From: an uncultured Acidobacteriaceae bacterium
GTDB lineage: Bacteria > Acidobacteriota > Terriglobia > Terriglobales > Acidobacteriaceae
Assembly: GCA_963833155.1 (NCBI GenBank)
Contig: CAWHWY010000001.1
Location: 51,328-115,327 of the forward strand
Length of the DNA stretch: 64,000 bases
Direction: 5' to 3'
Every line of letters begins with the position of its first letter. The first letter of the stretch is position 1. Both the position numbers and the translations under genes were made by a program. Shown here one piece after another: positions 8,922 through 18,531 of the stretch. The notes beneath the pieces were generated by a model. The model was given only the letters and a program-made list of their open reading frames with translations, was not told the DNA's origin and made no database searches.

Positions 8922-9680
8922 TTACTGCCCCGGCAACCGGAACTCTATGCCCCGATCTTCGTTGGCTTTGGTGGTGGCGGGCACGTTCAGCTCTGCGATG
9001 GGAATTTTGCGGGCGCGCTGCTCGGTGAACACCCACAGCGTCTTGCCGACGATGGCGTAGTCCTGAATTTCCTCGGTGTGACGGTCGCGGAACACCAGCA
9101 GGGTTGCAGAGCGGATTTGCGTTTTCGGGGGCGGCTGGGGCGCGGAGGTTGCGCCTGAACCCGGCTCCCGCTCGGCGCGCAGCCGCGCCACTTCGTCGTT
9201 CAGCCGGTCGATCTGCTGCTGCTGGTCGTAGTTGACGGCAGTGTTCGAGTTGTCAGGATAGGCATAGACATAGGCAGGAGACTGCGTCGCTGGATAGGAG
9301 TCGTAGGTGTCCGGCCAAGAGCCCCCATACCATCCCCACGCCCACGGGTATCCGTACCCGCCATATCCGTATCCGCCATATCCGTAGTAGCCGCGATAAC
9401 CCCAGGGATAACGCCCGGGGTAATAGCGTCCGGGATAGTAAGGATAATGACCGGGGTAGCCGTACGGGCCATGCCCAAAGCCACCGCGAAAACCGCCTCC
9501 CCAACCCGCGCCGCCACGGGGAGCGCCGGTGTATCCGCCACCATGTCCGGCATACCCCCCACCATGTCCGGCGTACCCGCCCCGGCCGCCGCCCATTCCC
9601 CCGTGCCCGCCTCTTTGTCCCCACAAGGGGATGGCGAGGAAAGCCACGCTCAACGCCGCCATGAAAACCCAGCGCCGCAT
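8922..9680 (-). CDS. Secreted Gly/Tyr-rich low-complexity protein with a conserved-looking C-terminal domain
   Basis: ATG 9680 gives signal peptide MRRWVFMAALSVAFLAIPLWG. About 110 aa of GGY/GHG/YPG repeats follow, then a QQQQIDRLNDEVARLRAE coil and a globular tail of about 70 aa. Confidence 0.6.
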   Translation of the reverse strand: MRRWVFMAALSVAFLAIPLWGQRGGHGGMGGGRGGYAGHGGGYAGHGGGYTGAPRGGAGWGGGFRGGFGHGPYGYPGHYPYYPGRYYPGRYPWGYRGYYGYGGYGYGGYGYPWAWGWYGGSWPDTYDSYPATQSPAYVYAYPDNSNTAVNYDQQQQIDRLNDEVARLRAEREPGSGATSAPQPPPKTQIRSATLLVFRDRHTEEIQDYAIVGKTLWVFTEQRARKIPIAELNVPATTKANEDRGIEFRLPGQ

Positions 9681-9865
9681 ACCCACATTATCTCTCCAAA
9701 CGGAGGACCAGGGGCCATCAAAATTTTGCCGGGCGAATCTTTTCATCCCTATGGGTAAGTGCCGCGAAAGGCCGCTTTCACCCCCGCAATCCAGCGTCTC
9801 AACGCATCCCATACCGCTTCCACTTCGGCCAACTATTGCTATTGCCCACCAGCCACGTAGAATAA

Positions 9866-11165
9866 ATGCACCGGAACCTGGCCTCCCGAGCACGCATGGA
9901 CTCCACACCAGAGAAGCGTACGCTTCGCCGACAGCGCGGCCGTTTCTTGCGCGAGGCGGCGCTGATCGCTTTGCAGACCATGCGCGCCCACAAACTGCGC
10001 TCGTTTCTCACCCTGCTGGGCATCATCCTGTCGGTTTCCACGTTGATCCTGGTGGTGGCGCTGATCAGCGGCATGAACCTGTATTTCGCGCAGCGCATCG
10101 CCAATCTGGGCTCCAATGTTTTCCTGGTTGCCAAGACCGGCATCATCACCGACTGGCAGGACCAGGTCAATGCGGAGCGGCGCAACCGCGACATCACCTG
10201 GGAAGATTACGAGGCGCTGCGGAACGATCTGAAGCTGCCCAAGGAAGTTGGGGTCGAGGTGCGCACTCCGGGCAAGGTCCGGGCCGAGCACCGCGACCTG
10301 GAGGAGGTGGATATCCGCGGCGTCACCGCCAACATTGCCGAGATGGATGTGGAGGAAATCGCCAGCGGGCGCTACGTGAGCGACAGCGACAATCAGCACC
10401 ACGCCATGGTGGCGGTGTTGGGCGCTGACGTGGTGAAAAAGCTGTACCCCAACCGCGATCCTTTGGGCAAGACCGTGGCCATTGACGGCGAGGAGTTCAA
10501 CGTCATCGGGGTCTGCAAGCCGGTGGGCACTGTCTTCGGACAATCGCAGGACAACTTCGTTTACATTCCCGTCCGCAGTTGGCTGAAGATGTACGGGCAG
10601 AGGAGGTCGCTGACCATCAACGTGCAGGCGCAGAGGGGCGGAGTACATGGAGCGGACTCGGGAAGAGGCCCGGGTACTGATGCGCGCCCGCCGCCACCTG
10701 TCGCCCAAGGATAAGGACAATTTCGGCATCATCGCCAGCGATAGTTTGATGAGCCTGTGGAAGAACTTGACAGGCACGCTGGCCTCCGGGATGGTCGGGC
10801 TGGTGTCCATCTTCCTGATCATCGGCGGCGTGGTGATCATGAACGTGATGCTGGCGGCGGTGACGGAGCGCACCCGCGAAATCGGCATTCGCAAGTCGCT
10901 GGGCGCCAAGCGGCGCGACATTCTGATGCAGTTTCTGGTGGAGTCCACGGTGATGTCGGCCGTGGGCGGGGCCATCGGTGTGATCCTTGCGTGGATGCTG
11001 GCGGTGGTCGTGCGGAACACAACGCCGGTGCCCATGGCGGTGCCGATCGTCGCCGTCATCATCGCGATCGGAATTTCGTCAGCCGTGGGTGTGTTCTTCG
11101 GCGTCTATCCCGCGCGCAAGGCAGCACGGCTGGATCCCATCGAGGCGCTGCGGTTCGAGGCGTAG
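9866..11165 (+). pseudogene. MacB/FtsX-family ABC transporter permease, frame broken in a G4 run
   Basis: N-terminal half (9866-10640) has KLRSFLTLLGIILSVSTLILVVAL and a MacB periplasmic-core-like region. The FtsX half is ORF 10647-11165. Deleting one G of GGGG 10635-10638 joins them (..VQAQRAEYMERTREE..), collinear with the intact paralogue at 18668-19927. Confidence 0.8.
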
Positions 11166-11171
11166 CTGGGT

Positions 11172-11234
11172 GGAAGAGCTGGCCTTTAGGCCAGCGTCAA
11201 AACGGTTGATAATGATGTCGGGCTTCAGCCCCGG
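11172..11234. repeat. REP-like element, copy 1 (GCTGGCC-TTTA-GGCCAGC hairpin plus GGCTTCAGCC hairpin)
   Basis: Near-identical to 12525-12588. Both copies begin a few nt after a plus-strand stop codon, so they may double as terminators. Confidence 0.8.
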
Positions 11235-11261
11235 TGGGTCTAGAATACAGTGAAGGGAACC

Positions 11262-11522
11262 ATGGAATCCGACGTGACACAACTACGGCAGCAGGCCCAC
11301 GCGCTGCTCGATATGCTGCCCGAGGAAAAGCTGACCGCGGTGCGCAGCTTGCTGGAGGTGATGGTGGAACCGCTGTCGCGTTCGCTGGCTTCCGCGCCCG
11401 TGGAAGAGGAAGAAATCACCCCGGAGACGGCTGCCGCGCTTGACCGCGCTCGCGCTTCGCTCGCCCGCGGTGAGGGCATTCCCCACGAAGACATACTGCG
11501 CGAGTTCGGCATGAGCAAATGA
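11262..11522 (+). CDS. Putative type II antitoxin (addiction-module component)
   Basis: 86-aa acidic protein. ATG 11262 follows GAAGGGA. Its stop overlaps the start of the RelE/ParE-like gene (ATGA at 11519-11522). Confidence 0.6.
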   Translation: MESDVTQLRQQAHALLDMLPEEKLTAVRSLLEVMVEPLSRSLASAPVEEEEITPETAAALDRARASLARGEGIPHEDILREFGMSK

Positions 11523-11791
11523 CCGAACCGCCGGCGCCCGAGCGGATCGCGGTGATCTGGTCCTCGGAGGCGCGGGCCGACCTTCGTTCCATTGATCGTG
11601 ACACCGCAATGCAGACTCTCCACTGCCTGGATCGCTATCTGGCTAGCCGAACGGGTGATGTGAAGAAGCTCAAGCCTCCGCGCACGGGCTTCCGGCTCCG
11701 CTGCGGCGACTATCGGGTTTTCTTCGATCAACAGGGCGAACACACCATCAACGTCACCGCCGTCCGCCACCGCCGCCAAGCCTATCGTTAA
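11519..11791 (+). CDS. RelE/ParE-family type II toxin
   Basis: 90 aa. The pattern ..LKPPRTGFRLRCGDYRVFFDQQGEHTINVTAVRHRRQAY is typical of RelE/ParE toxins. Translationally coupled to the upstream small ORF. Confidence 0.75.
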   Translation: MTEPPAPERIAVIWSSEARADLRSIDRDTAMQTLHCLDRYLASRTGDVKKLKPPRTGFRLRCGDYRVFFDQQGEHTINVTAVRHRRQAYR

Positions 11792-11977
11792 CCAGCACAA
11801 TTTGCTACTCCCCAGGCTCGCCTGCTATCGAGGAGCGCCGGCACGCGGCGCCGCCGCGCTTGCGAGAGGAGCAGAACCGCGCTACGGTTATAGGCAAAGA
11901 GCAAGTCGTGCCGCAAAGTCGTAGAAAGGAACAGGGCTTCAGCCCCGGAAATCGCTGTCCACGAATCTGAGGAGCAT

Positions 11978-12517
11978 ATGGAACATAACTTACGAGACAC
12001 AATATCGCTTCTCACTCGCACTCCCGCTGCTCTCGATGCGCTTCTGCGCGATCTCCCGGATACGTGGACGTTTCGCAACGAAGGTGAAAACACCTGGAGC
12101 GCGTTCGATGTCGTCGGCCATCTGATTCACGGCGAGCGCACCGACTGGATGGTTCGGACGAAAGTAATTCTGCAGTTTGGCGACGGCCAGCCGTTTGAGC
12201 GCTTCGATCGTTGGGCACAAATACGAGAGAGCCAAGGTAAGTCGCTGGGGCAGTTATTGGATGAGTTTGCCCGCTTGCGGTCCGAAAATCTGGACGAACT
12301 GCGCGCCCTGAATCTGAGGCCAGAGGATCTGGAGCGGCGTGGACGGCATCGTGTGCTGGGGAGCGTTACACTCTCACAGCTGCTGGCGACGTGGGCAGCG
12401 CATGACTTAACGCATCTGCACCAAATTTCCAGGATCATGGCCCATCAAAACCGGGAGGCCGTAGGTCCGTGGATCCAATTCCTTGGTGTGATGCAGTGCG
12501 CTGGGCACAGTGCGTAA
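11978..12517 (+). CDS. DinB-family (DinB_2) metal-dependent protein
   Basis: 179 aa with spaced His motifs (HLIHGERTDW ... AHDLTHLHQI) of the four-helix DinB superfamily. Confidence 0.75.
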   Translation: MEHNLRDTISLLTRTPAALDALLRDLPDTWTFRNEGENTWSAFDVVGHLIHGERTDWMVRTKVILQFGDGQPFERFDRWAQIRESQGKSLGQLLDEFARLRSENLDELRALNLRPEDLERRGRHRVLGSVTLSQLLATWAAHDLTHLHQISRIMAHQNREAVGPWIQFLGVMQCAGHSA

Positions 12518-12524
12518 TAGCGAT

Positions 12525-12588
12525 GGAAGAGCTGGCCTTTAGGCCAGCGTCCAAGCCGCTGATAATAATGCCGGAGCTTTAGCCCCGG
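12525..12588. repeat. REP-like element, copy 2
   Basis: Matches 11172-11234. Further GGGCTT(C/T)AGCCCC-type hairpins lie at about 11925-11950, 12640-12700 and 13168-13182. Confidence 0.8.
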
Positions 12589-12699
12589 GAAATACATCGC
12601 TGGATACCGTTCGGAATCTTCGAGAATAGGTTTGTATCAGGGCACGACTTCAGTCGTGCCGCAGAGTCATGGAAAGGAATCTGGCTTTAGCCCCTGTGT

Positions 12700-13185
12700 A
12701 TGGCCACGCCTGTCCGTCATGCCGCTTCGAGCGCAGTCCTAAGCTCGGCGCGTACGTTTTTTGTCACTACCAAGACAAGCATGGGGCGCCGATTGTTGCA
12801 GTCGGAACGCAATGCAACGCTGTTCGTTGACGTTCTGCGCTCGTATGTCGCGGCGGGCAAATTCCGGTTGCACGACTTCGTGGTCATGCCCGACCATGTG
12901 CATCTCCTGCTGACCGTCGGCAGCAACATGGCCATTGAACGAGTCATGCAGTTCATCAAGGGCGGATTCTCCTACCGGTTGAAGAGGGAATTCGGATACT
13001 CTGGAGAGGTCTGGCAGCGCGGGTTTTCCGAGGTGCGGGTTCAGGACAAACAGAGCTTCCTGCGACATCGGGAGTACATTGCTGAGAATCCGGTGAAGGC
13101 CGGTTTGGTCGAGTCGCCCGAGAAGTTTCCTTATTGCTTTACCTATTTGGCAAGGAAAAAAGCAACAGGGGCTAAAGCCCAATAA
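12700..13185 (+). CDS. REP-associated tyrosine transposase (RAYT, Y1/HUH IS200-like)
   Basis: 161 aa. FFVTTKT..., HUH motif MPDHVHLLL, and REYIAENPVKAGL with the catalytic-Tyr region. Surrounded by REP hairpins. Confidence 0.8.
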   Translation: MATPVRHAASSAVLSSARTFFVTTKTSMGRRLLQSERNATLFVDVLRSYVAAGKFRLHDFVVMPDHVHLLLTVGSNMAIERVMQFIKGGFSYRLKREFGYSGEVWQRGFSEVRVQDKQSFLRHREYIAENPVKAGLVESPEKFPYCFTYLARKKATGAKAQ

Positions 13186-13201
13186 TTTCCTTACCGCTAG
13201 C

Positions 13202-14546
13202 GGCACGGCTAAAGAGGCTGCTGAAAAAGTCGATGGTACCTCGGGAGGTACGAGCCTTTCCACAGGCAAGTAGGGTATGTAAGTAGCATGCGTGGAGATG
13301 AGAAGCAACAAGAGGCGATGTTCAGCTACATCAACCTGGAGCAGCGGGTTCCTGCCGAGCACCCTTTGCGCGCGATCCGCCAGATGGTCGATCAGGCCTT
13401 GGGCGAGCTGTCGCAGCATTTTGACGGGCTGTATGCCCGCGGGGGACGGCCCTCGATACCTCCGGAGCAACTGCTGCGGGCCCTGTTAGTACAGGTGTTG
13501 TACGGGCTGCGCAGTGAGCGGCAACTGATGGAGCAGGTGGATTACAACCTGCTGTACCGTTGGTTTGTGGGTCTGGGGATGGATGAATTGGCCTGGGATG
13601 CGACGGTCTATAGCAAGAATCGCGACCGCTTGCTGCAGGGCGAGGTGTCGCAGCGGTTGCTGGTGGCGGTGGTGGAACAGGCGCGGGCCCAGAGTTTACT
13701 GAGCGAAGAGCACTTCACGGTGGATGGAACGCTGCTGGAAGCCTGGGCGAATCGGCGTAGTTTCGAGCCCAAGGATCCGCCCCCGACCAAGGGCACGGGA
13801 TCGAAGGGGCAAGAAATGTTTGCGCGACACGCATGAGTCAAGGACGGACCCGGAAGCGCGCTTGTATAAGAAGAGCACGGCCGGGGAGGCCAAGCCGAGT
13901 TACCTGGGGCATGTGATCGTCGAGAACCGTAACGGGCTGGTGGTGGCGGCCTGTGCCACGCAGTCGAGTACGACGGCGGAGCGGGAGGCGGCGTTGGCCA
14001 TGCTGGACGAGATGGCGCGAGGAGCCGGAAATCGAGCGCCGAGCCGGAAGCCAATCACGCTGGGAGCCGACAAGTTGTATCAGGAGGAGAAGTTTATCGC
14101 GGGACTGCGGCAACGCCGGATTGCCCCGCATGTGGCGGAATACGAAAAAGACTTCGACCCACTGGCCGAACTTTCTGACCGAGGCCGAACGTAACGATCC
14201 CGGCTTGGCCATCAGCCAGAAGAAACGCAAACTGGTGGAGATGGTGTTTGGTTGGGGCAAGCTGGACAGCATCATGCGCAAGTTCAAGCTGCAAGGGGTA
14301 AAGCGGATCGATTGGCTGTTTCGCCTGTTGGCGACGGCGAACAATCTGCTGCGAATGGTAAAGCTGCGGAGACTAATTCCGGTTCCGGCGCAGTAAGCGC
14401 CGGGAGTCGTGTGTCTGCTGGGCGAAAACAAGCCCCGCAGAGAGCAAAAACGCGATGCCGAACGGCGGCTCTACTCAAAAAAAACGACCACGGCGAAAAG
14501 CGGCCACAAAATAAGCGACTTTTTCAGCAGCCTCTAAAGCCGTGCC
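13202..14546 (+). mobile_element. IS5-family insertion sequence (1345 bp) with 31-bp terminal inverted repeats
   Basis: IRL 13202-13232 GGCACGGCTAAAGAGGCTGCTGAAAAAGTCG matches the reverse complement of IRR 14516-14546 at 29/31 positions. The repeats tightly enclose a DDE transposase reading frame. I could not see a clean target duplication. Confidence 0.7.
13288..14396 (+). pseudogene. IS5-family DDE transposase, split over three frames at two homopolymer runs
   Basis: N-terminal InsH-type domain (..LRALLVQVLYGLRSERQLMEQVDYNLLYRWFVGL..), middle THESRTDPEARLYKK..GHVIVENRNGLVV, C-terminal ..AISQKKRKLVEMVFGWGKL. Removing one G of G4 13806-13809 and one A of A5 14145-14149 gives one continuous ORF. 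Confidence 0.8.
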
Positions 14547-14636
14547 CTGATACAAAACGAATTATGAAGCGAGTCCCGGGCGCTCAGTGTGAGCTCTCCC
14601 ACCCAACCAAAAAAAGGTTGGGTGGGCACCGGCGAA

Positions 14637-16274
14637 TTATCTCGGACACGCCAATATCCCAGATGACGAGACCGGCTGGACGACTTGTTTCGCTAATAGT
14701 GGACCCCGGTACGAGGCGACAAACAACTCTGGTATCTGGGTGTCATCGAAGGCCAACCCAGGTAAGCTCGGCAACGGATGAACATCCGCTGGGGGACAGG
14801 GGATCTTGACATCGCCAATTTGAGTCTTGTTCTGGTTAACGTTGTAGTCGTTCATATCGGTGAGGGCACTGGTAGTGTAGTTGCCACCGCCCCGCGGGAA
14901 GTGCTGGATGCCGTAAAGAGTGTCGGGGTTACCCAGGTGCAGTGCGTCGCCGTTTGCGGAGACCCGGCCCGTGGCTTGGTCGTAATCGACGCCGCCAGTC
15001 GCATTAGTTGGCGTGGAGCTAATCATCACACTTCCGACCTGGTACCTCGTGAAATTTGCGGGCAAAAGCGTCCAGGTTGTGGCCCCCGGGTCAAACTCGA
15101 GAACCCGAGCGTTGTGTGGCGACGTACTATTGTTGGAAGACATTGCTCTCTCAGCAACGATCATTGTGCCTTGGGGGCCAAAACTCAGATCCGCGACCGG
15201 GTTGGTCCAAGGGGCGGGGTAACCGTTCTGTGTTACTGCGAATGTAGGCAACGTAACTTCCAGGCGGGCCGGGCCCACGATACCACACTCCGAATCAAGA
15301 GCAACTGACCAGATCTCCGTAGGAGTAGTCCCGCGAAAACTCGGGGGACCAAAACCACCAGGACCCTTACCCCCATATGTCCAGTTTTGGCTCCAGATGC
15401 TGTAATACACACGATGGTTCCAGACGCGTACGGCCCATGGCCGTCGTCCCAACGCAGCGTAAGAAGAGTTGCCGTCTTTGCCGGTGATCGGGCTGCGGCC
15501 TAGATTGTTACCTAGGAGATCAACCGCGGTGGCCAGATTCGCACCATGGTCCCAGGTATACGCGATGTTGCCGTTGGCATCCATCTCGTAAATCAAGCCG
15601 TCATAGAAGTTAGTGGCAAGAACACTCTTACAGCCGCAATCGAAGTAGACATTGCCGATGCCGTTACCGTCATTGGGGAGCTGCACGAATAAGGTTGGAG
15701 TACCGGTGCCGTTCGCCAGCTTAGCAATCACACCCGCCCTTTGGTTGGCGGTTCCGCTACCGAGAGAGCTCGGGTTGGCGGTTCCGTATACACGCGTCGC
15801 AGCGGCATAGATATTTCCAAGGTTATCCAGGGTTACACCAAAGTTGTCGCCCAAAGTTTTGGTGTCCCAGGTGGTCGCGGAAAACGGCTCCGACGGCGGC
15901 GTAGAATACGGGCTTTCGTGCCACCAAGTGTTCAACGGAGCCGTAGTGTTGTAGGGGAAGTAGGGGCTGCTGAGGTGAGTCAGGTTCCAGATCATCACAG
16001 ATTGGGGCGCCCAAGGAGTGGGATCGTTGCTGGTCAATTGGGTACCAACAGCGATGGTACCGGTGAAGTCTTCCTGGTAATAATTGTTGTCATAGTCGGG
16101 TAAATGGATGCCGACACCGGCATTGTACTGCGGTTTTGTGGCGCAGCAGCAATTACACGTAGCCGAGGTTACCGTATCATCCGGCGACTGCTCCGCGGCA
16201 AGCACGGGTGCCTGACAAAACAGAATGGTGAGAGCGACAACTGAAATCAGGGTGCTCCGGAAAGGTGCGAACAT
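14637..16274 (-). CDS. Secreted hypothetical protein (545 aa), third gene of the CuAO-like operon
   Basis: Signal peptide MFAPFRSTLISVVALTILFCQAPVLAAE, an unusual TCNCCCATKP cluster near the N-terminus, and repeat-rich beta-type composition. It starts 24 nt after the upstream gene. Confidence 0.6.
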   Translation of the reverse strand: MFAPFRSTLISVVALTILFCQAPVLAAEQSPDDTVTSATCNCCCATKPQYNAGVGIHLPDYDNNYYQEDFTGTIAVGTQLTSNDPTPWAPQSVMIWNLTHLSSPYFPYNTTAPLNTWWHESPYSTPPSEPFSATTWDTKTLGDNFGVTLDNLGNIYAAATRVYGTANPSSLGSGTANQRAGVIAKLANGTGTPTLFVQLPNDGNGIGNVYFDCGCKSVLATNFYDGLIYEMDANGNIAYTWDHGANLATAVDLLGNNLGRSPITGKDGNSSYAALGRRPWAVRVWNHRVYYSIWSQNWTYGGKGPGGFGPPSFRGTTPTEIWSVALDSECGIVGPARLEVTLPTFAVTQNGYPAPWTNPVADLSFGPQGTMIVAERAMSSNNSTSPHNARVLEFDPGATTWTLLPANFTRYQVGSVMISSTPTNATGGVDYDQATGRVSANGDALHLGNPDTLYGIQHFPRGGGNYTTSALTDMNDYNVNQNKTQIGDVKIPCPPADVHPLPSLPGLAFDDTQIPELFVASYRGPLLAKQVVQPVSSSGILACPR

Positions 16275-16298
16275 AGTTGGCCTCCAAAGTTTGGTTTT

Positions 16299-17348
16299 TT
16301 ACCACTTTCCAATCGGACGTAATGTAGGACCGACGAAACGGCATCGACCGCTGTTTTCGTGGCGGTCCATGGCGTGAACCCAAAGCACAGTTCTTGCGCC
16401 ATCCACGGACTCGTCATTGAGGTACTGGTCGAGATGGACAGCGTTTCCCCCTGGGCCCTTCCGGGCGCCGCCATCGTCAATTTCCTCGGGATGAAACGCG
16501 AGGACCCAGAGGTCGGCAACGGCCCACGCGTCGGCCGCGCCATTTTCGGGTGAAGAAATGATTTCGAAGCCTCGTTGGAGCGATTCCGATTGCACGCGCC
16601 AAGCTCCGCCCCGGACCGGATCGCTACGGCGCGAAGCTTCGGTAAGAAAAGGGTCCCAACTTACCGCGTTGTCCTTGGTCTGCGGGTGGGCCTCTTCGAC
16701 GCGGTCTTGGCCGTCCCCACCAATATCGAATTCCAAGCGCCAGTAGGCGTGGTGGTTGTGGGGCTTGACGTTGCAGGGCTCGACGCGAGCGGTAAAACCG
16801 ACGCGAGCGTCGATGGATCCATCCAGTCGAAAGGTCCACTTCTGCGTATAACGGTATGGTCCGGCCTGCAATTGGGTGGTAAGCACCAGTGCGCTGGCTG
16901 TCTTCTGAGCAGCAACGCCCGCGAAGTCACCCTTGTCAGTGCCCGGATGGTCGCACATGGTTCGGGGAGGCTTGGTAGGTTCCGCGTAGCGCGACCCTGG
17001 AGGGGGAACGAAGCCATCGGACTCGAAATCCATCAGAGCATTCTGCCAGTCTCGCAAAGAGCCGCAGCCGCCGGGATCATAGTTGACGTTCAGGACGGGA
17101 ATTCCAGCGCGACGGAGCACGAGCTTTCCCTTGTAGAAGACATCCCGCAACTCGATTCCCGAGCCGTCGACTCCGGAACTGCTGTCTGGAGCGATCCAGC
17201 ACAAAGACCAAACCGGGTGGTCCGCCGGCCAAACGATCCTATGCGGCGCAGCGCAGTCGTCGTTCACGGATTGGGCGTGCGCCAGGGTGATGCTGGCCAG
17301 CCCCAAGAGGGGCGCCATCCGGCGAGCCGCGCGTAGGATTCTGTGCAT
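16299..17348 (-). CDS. Compact copper amine oxidase catalytic-domain-like protein (secreted)
   Basis: Signal peptide. By-eye collinear matches to the CuAO catalytic domain: GPYRYTQKWTFRLDGSIDARV (TPQ region), HNHHAYWRLEFDIGGDGQDRVEE (HxH copper ligands), DLWVLAFHPEE, and TVLWVHAMDRHE...VGPTLRPIGKW (third His). Confidence 0.6.
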   Translation of the reverse strand: MHRILRAARRMAPLLGLASITLAHAQSVNDDCAAPHRIVWPADHPVWSLCWIAPDSSSGVDGSGIELRDVFYKGKLVLRRAGIPVLNVNYDPGGCGSLRDWQNALMDFESDGFVPPPGSRYAEPTKPPRTMCDHPGTDKGDFAGVAAQKTASALVLTTQLQAGPYRYTQKWTFRLDGSIDARVGFTARVEPCNVKPHNHHAYWRLEFDIGGDGQDRVEEAHPQTKDNAVSWDPFLTEASRRSDPVRGGAWRVQSESLQRGFEIISSPENGAADAWAVADLWVLAFHPEEIDDGGARKGPGGNAVHLDQYLNDESVDGARTVLWVHAMDRHENSGRCRFVGPTLRPIGKW

Positions 17349-17351
17349 AGT

Positions 17352-17876
17352 TCACTCGTACCAAGCGCGGTCTGATGCAGCGACACCCAGAGTCAAGTCC
17401 ACCAGGACGAGACGAAGTAAACTACGCCGATCAGGACTTAACAGGCGAATCTGAATGTAGCGATCCTGGCTTGGATGGCCAGACGGCCCGTCCACGATGA
17501 ATCCCCCTTCCGGGACCGCTCCGCTGGTGATGAAATGGCCGAGGTTCCGGTCTCGACTTATGATCTTGATTGCCTCTCGGAATTCTTTCCGGGAGCTTTG
17601 CGGTCTGCCCGGCAGTATCTGTTCCCGCAATACCTTCCGGCTACTGCCGTCAAGCATGATGCGTGACGCTGTTCCGGTCGCGTAATCAAAGACGATAAGA
17701 GTGACAGCGCGATCCTGCTCGTACGCTTGCCTCAAAACAACCTGATGCATCTGCAAGTTACCGCCAAACCGATACGACTCTCGCAGTCGGATCAGGCTTT
17801 GAGCAGAGCCGGCGAGCGCAAACAGTAGAGTCGCCAGTACCATACCCATACTTGCAATATTGTTTGGTCTCTTCAT
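17352..17876 (-). CDS. Small secreted protein, possibly CuAO N2/N3-domain-like
   Basis: ATG 17876 after GGAGAGG. Signal peptide MKRPNNIASMGMVLATLLFALAGSAQS. The pattern ..GRPQSSRKEFREAIKIISRD..GFIVDGP..RYIQIRLL recalls CuAO N-terminal alpha/beta domains (weak). The stop is 3 nt before the next gene. Confidence 0.45.
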   Translation of the reverse strand: MKRPNNIASMGMVLATLLFALAGSAQSLIRLRESYRFGGNLQMHQVVLRQAYEQDRAVTLIVFDYATGTASRIMLDGSSRKVLREQILPGRPQSSRKEFREAIKIISRDRNLGHFITSGAVPEGGFIVDGPSGHPSQDRYIQIRLLSPDRRSLLRLVLVDLTLGVAASDRAWYE

Positions 17877-18531
17877 CACGTGCCTCTCCTCTGAACCAGT
17901 GCAAAAGGGCCTGGGCTGTTCCAAGCGGGTGGCTGAGGGTGTTCGCTGCCCGCCTTAATGACGACGATGCCGTTGCGAACCGCGCGCCCTGGCTCACAAA
18001 GAGGAGTGTCGTGACACGACGCCGCAGAGAGCCAAGGACGGCGAGAGCGGCGCTAAATCAGTTCGATCCGAGGGGAAAGGCATCCTTACTTCCGCTGCTC
18101 CGCGGACGGTCGGCGGATTACATGCAGAAGCTCCCTGCCCAATTCCTACACAACTAACTGCTTGATCGCCCACGCCTCGAAAGGGGTCACGAGGTGTCGT
18201 ACGTTGGGGCCGACACCGAAGAATTTCGTCGGCTGAATTAAGCACATAGTGCTACGGCTTTGTCAATATGTCAAGCACTTTTTGACATAATTTTAATAAA
18301 TAATTCGTGGGGTGGTGGTTTGTCGCCCCTGGCACGATAGAAGGACGTTGAAATGGGACGTCCTGGCATGAAGGTGTCGTTACGAGTGTCGCATGGGCCT
18401 GCGGCCTTTCCATCATCCATACATCCATAGCGACGAAAATAGGTGGAAGCGTCGGGCTTCAGCCGGGCGAAATGCCGATTCTACTCCACGGTTCGCGAAG
18501 CCACATTTTCGCTCGAACGCTGACTATCAGG

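Noticed and set aside
9200-9620. Tandem DNA repeat or microsatellite
   Set aside because: The periodicity reflects the Gly/Tyr-rich coding repeats of the 8922-9680 protein. It is not a non-coding array.
9839-11062. 407-aa minus-strand ORF
   Set aside because: It lies antisense to the MacB-like permease. It has Arg/Ala/Pro-rich shadow composition typical of high-GC genomes and no motifs.
18282-18310. Sigma70 promoter at the TTGACA inside the palindrome TATGTCAA-N7-TTGACATA
   Set aside because: No acceptable -10 hexamer lies at 16-18 nt spacing, and the site is about 380 nt from the nearest start codon. The palindrome may still be an operator, but that is unsupported.
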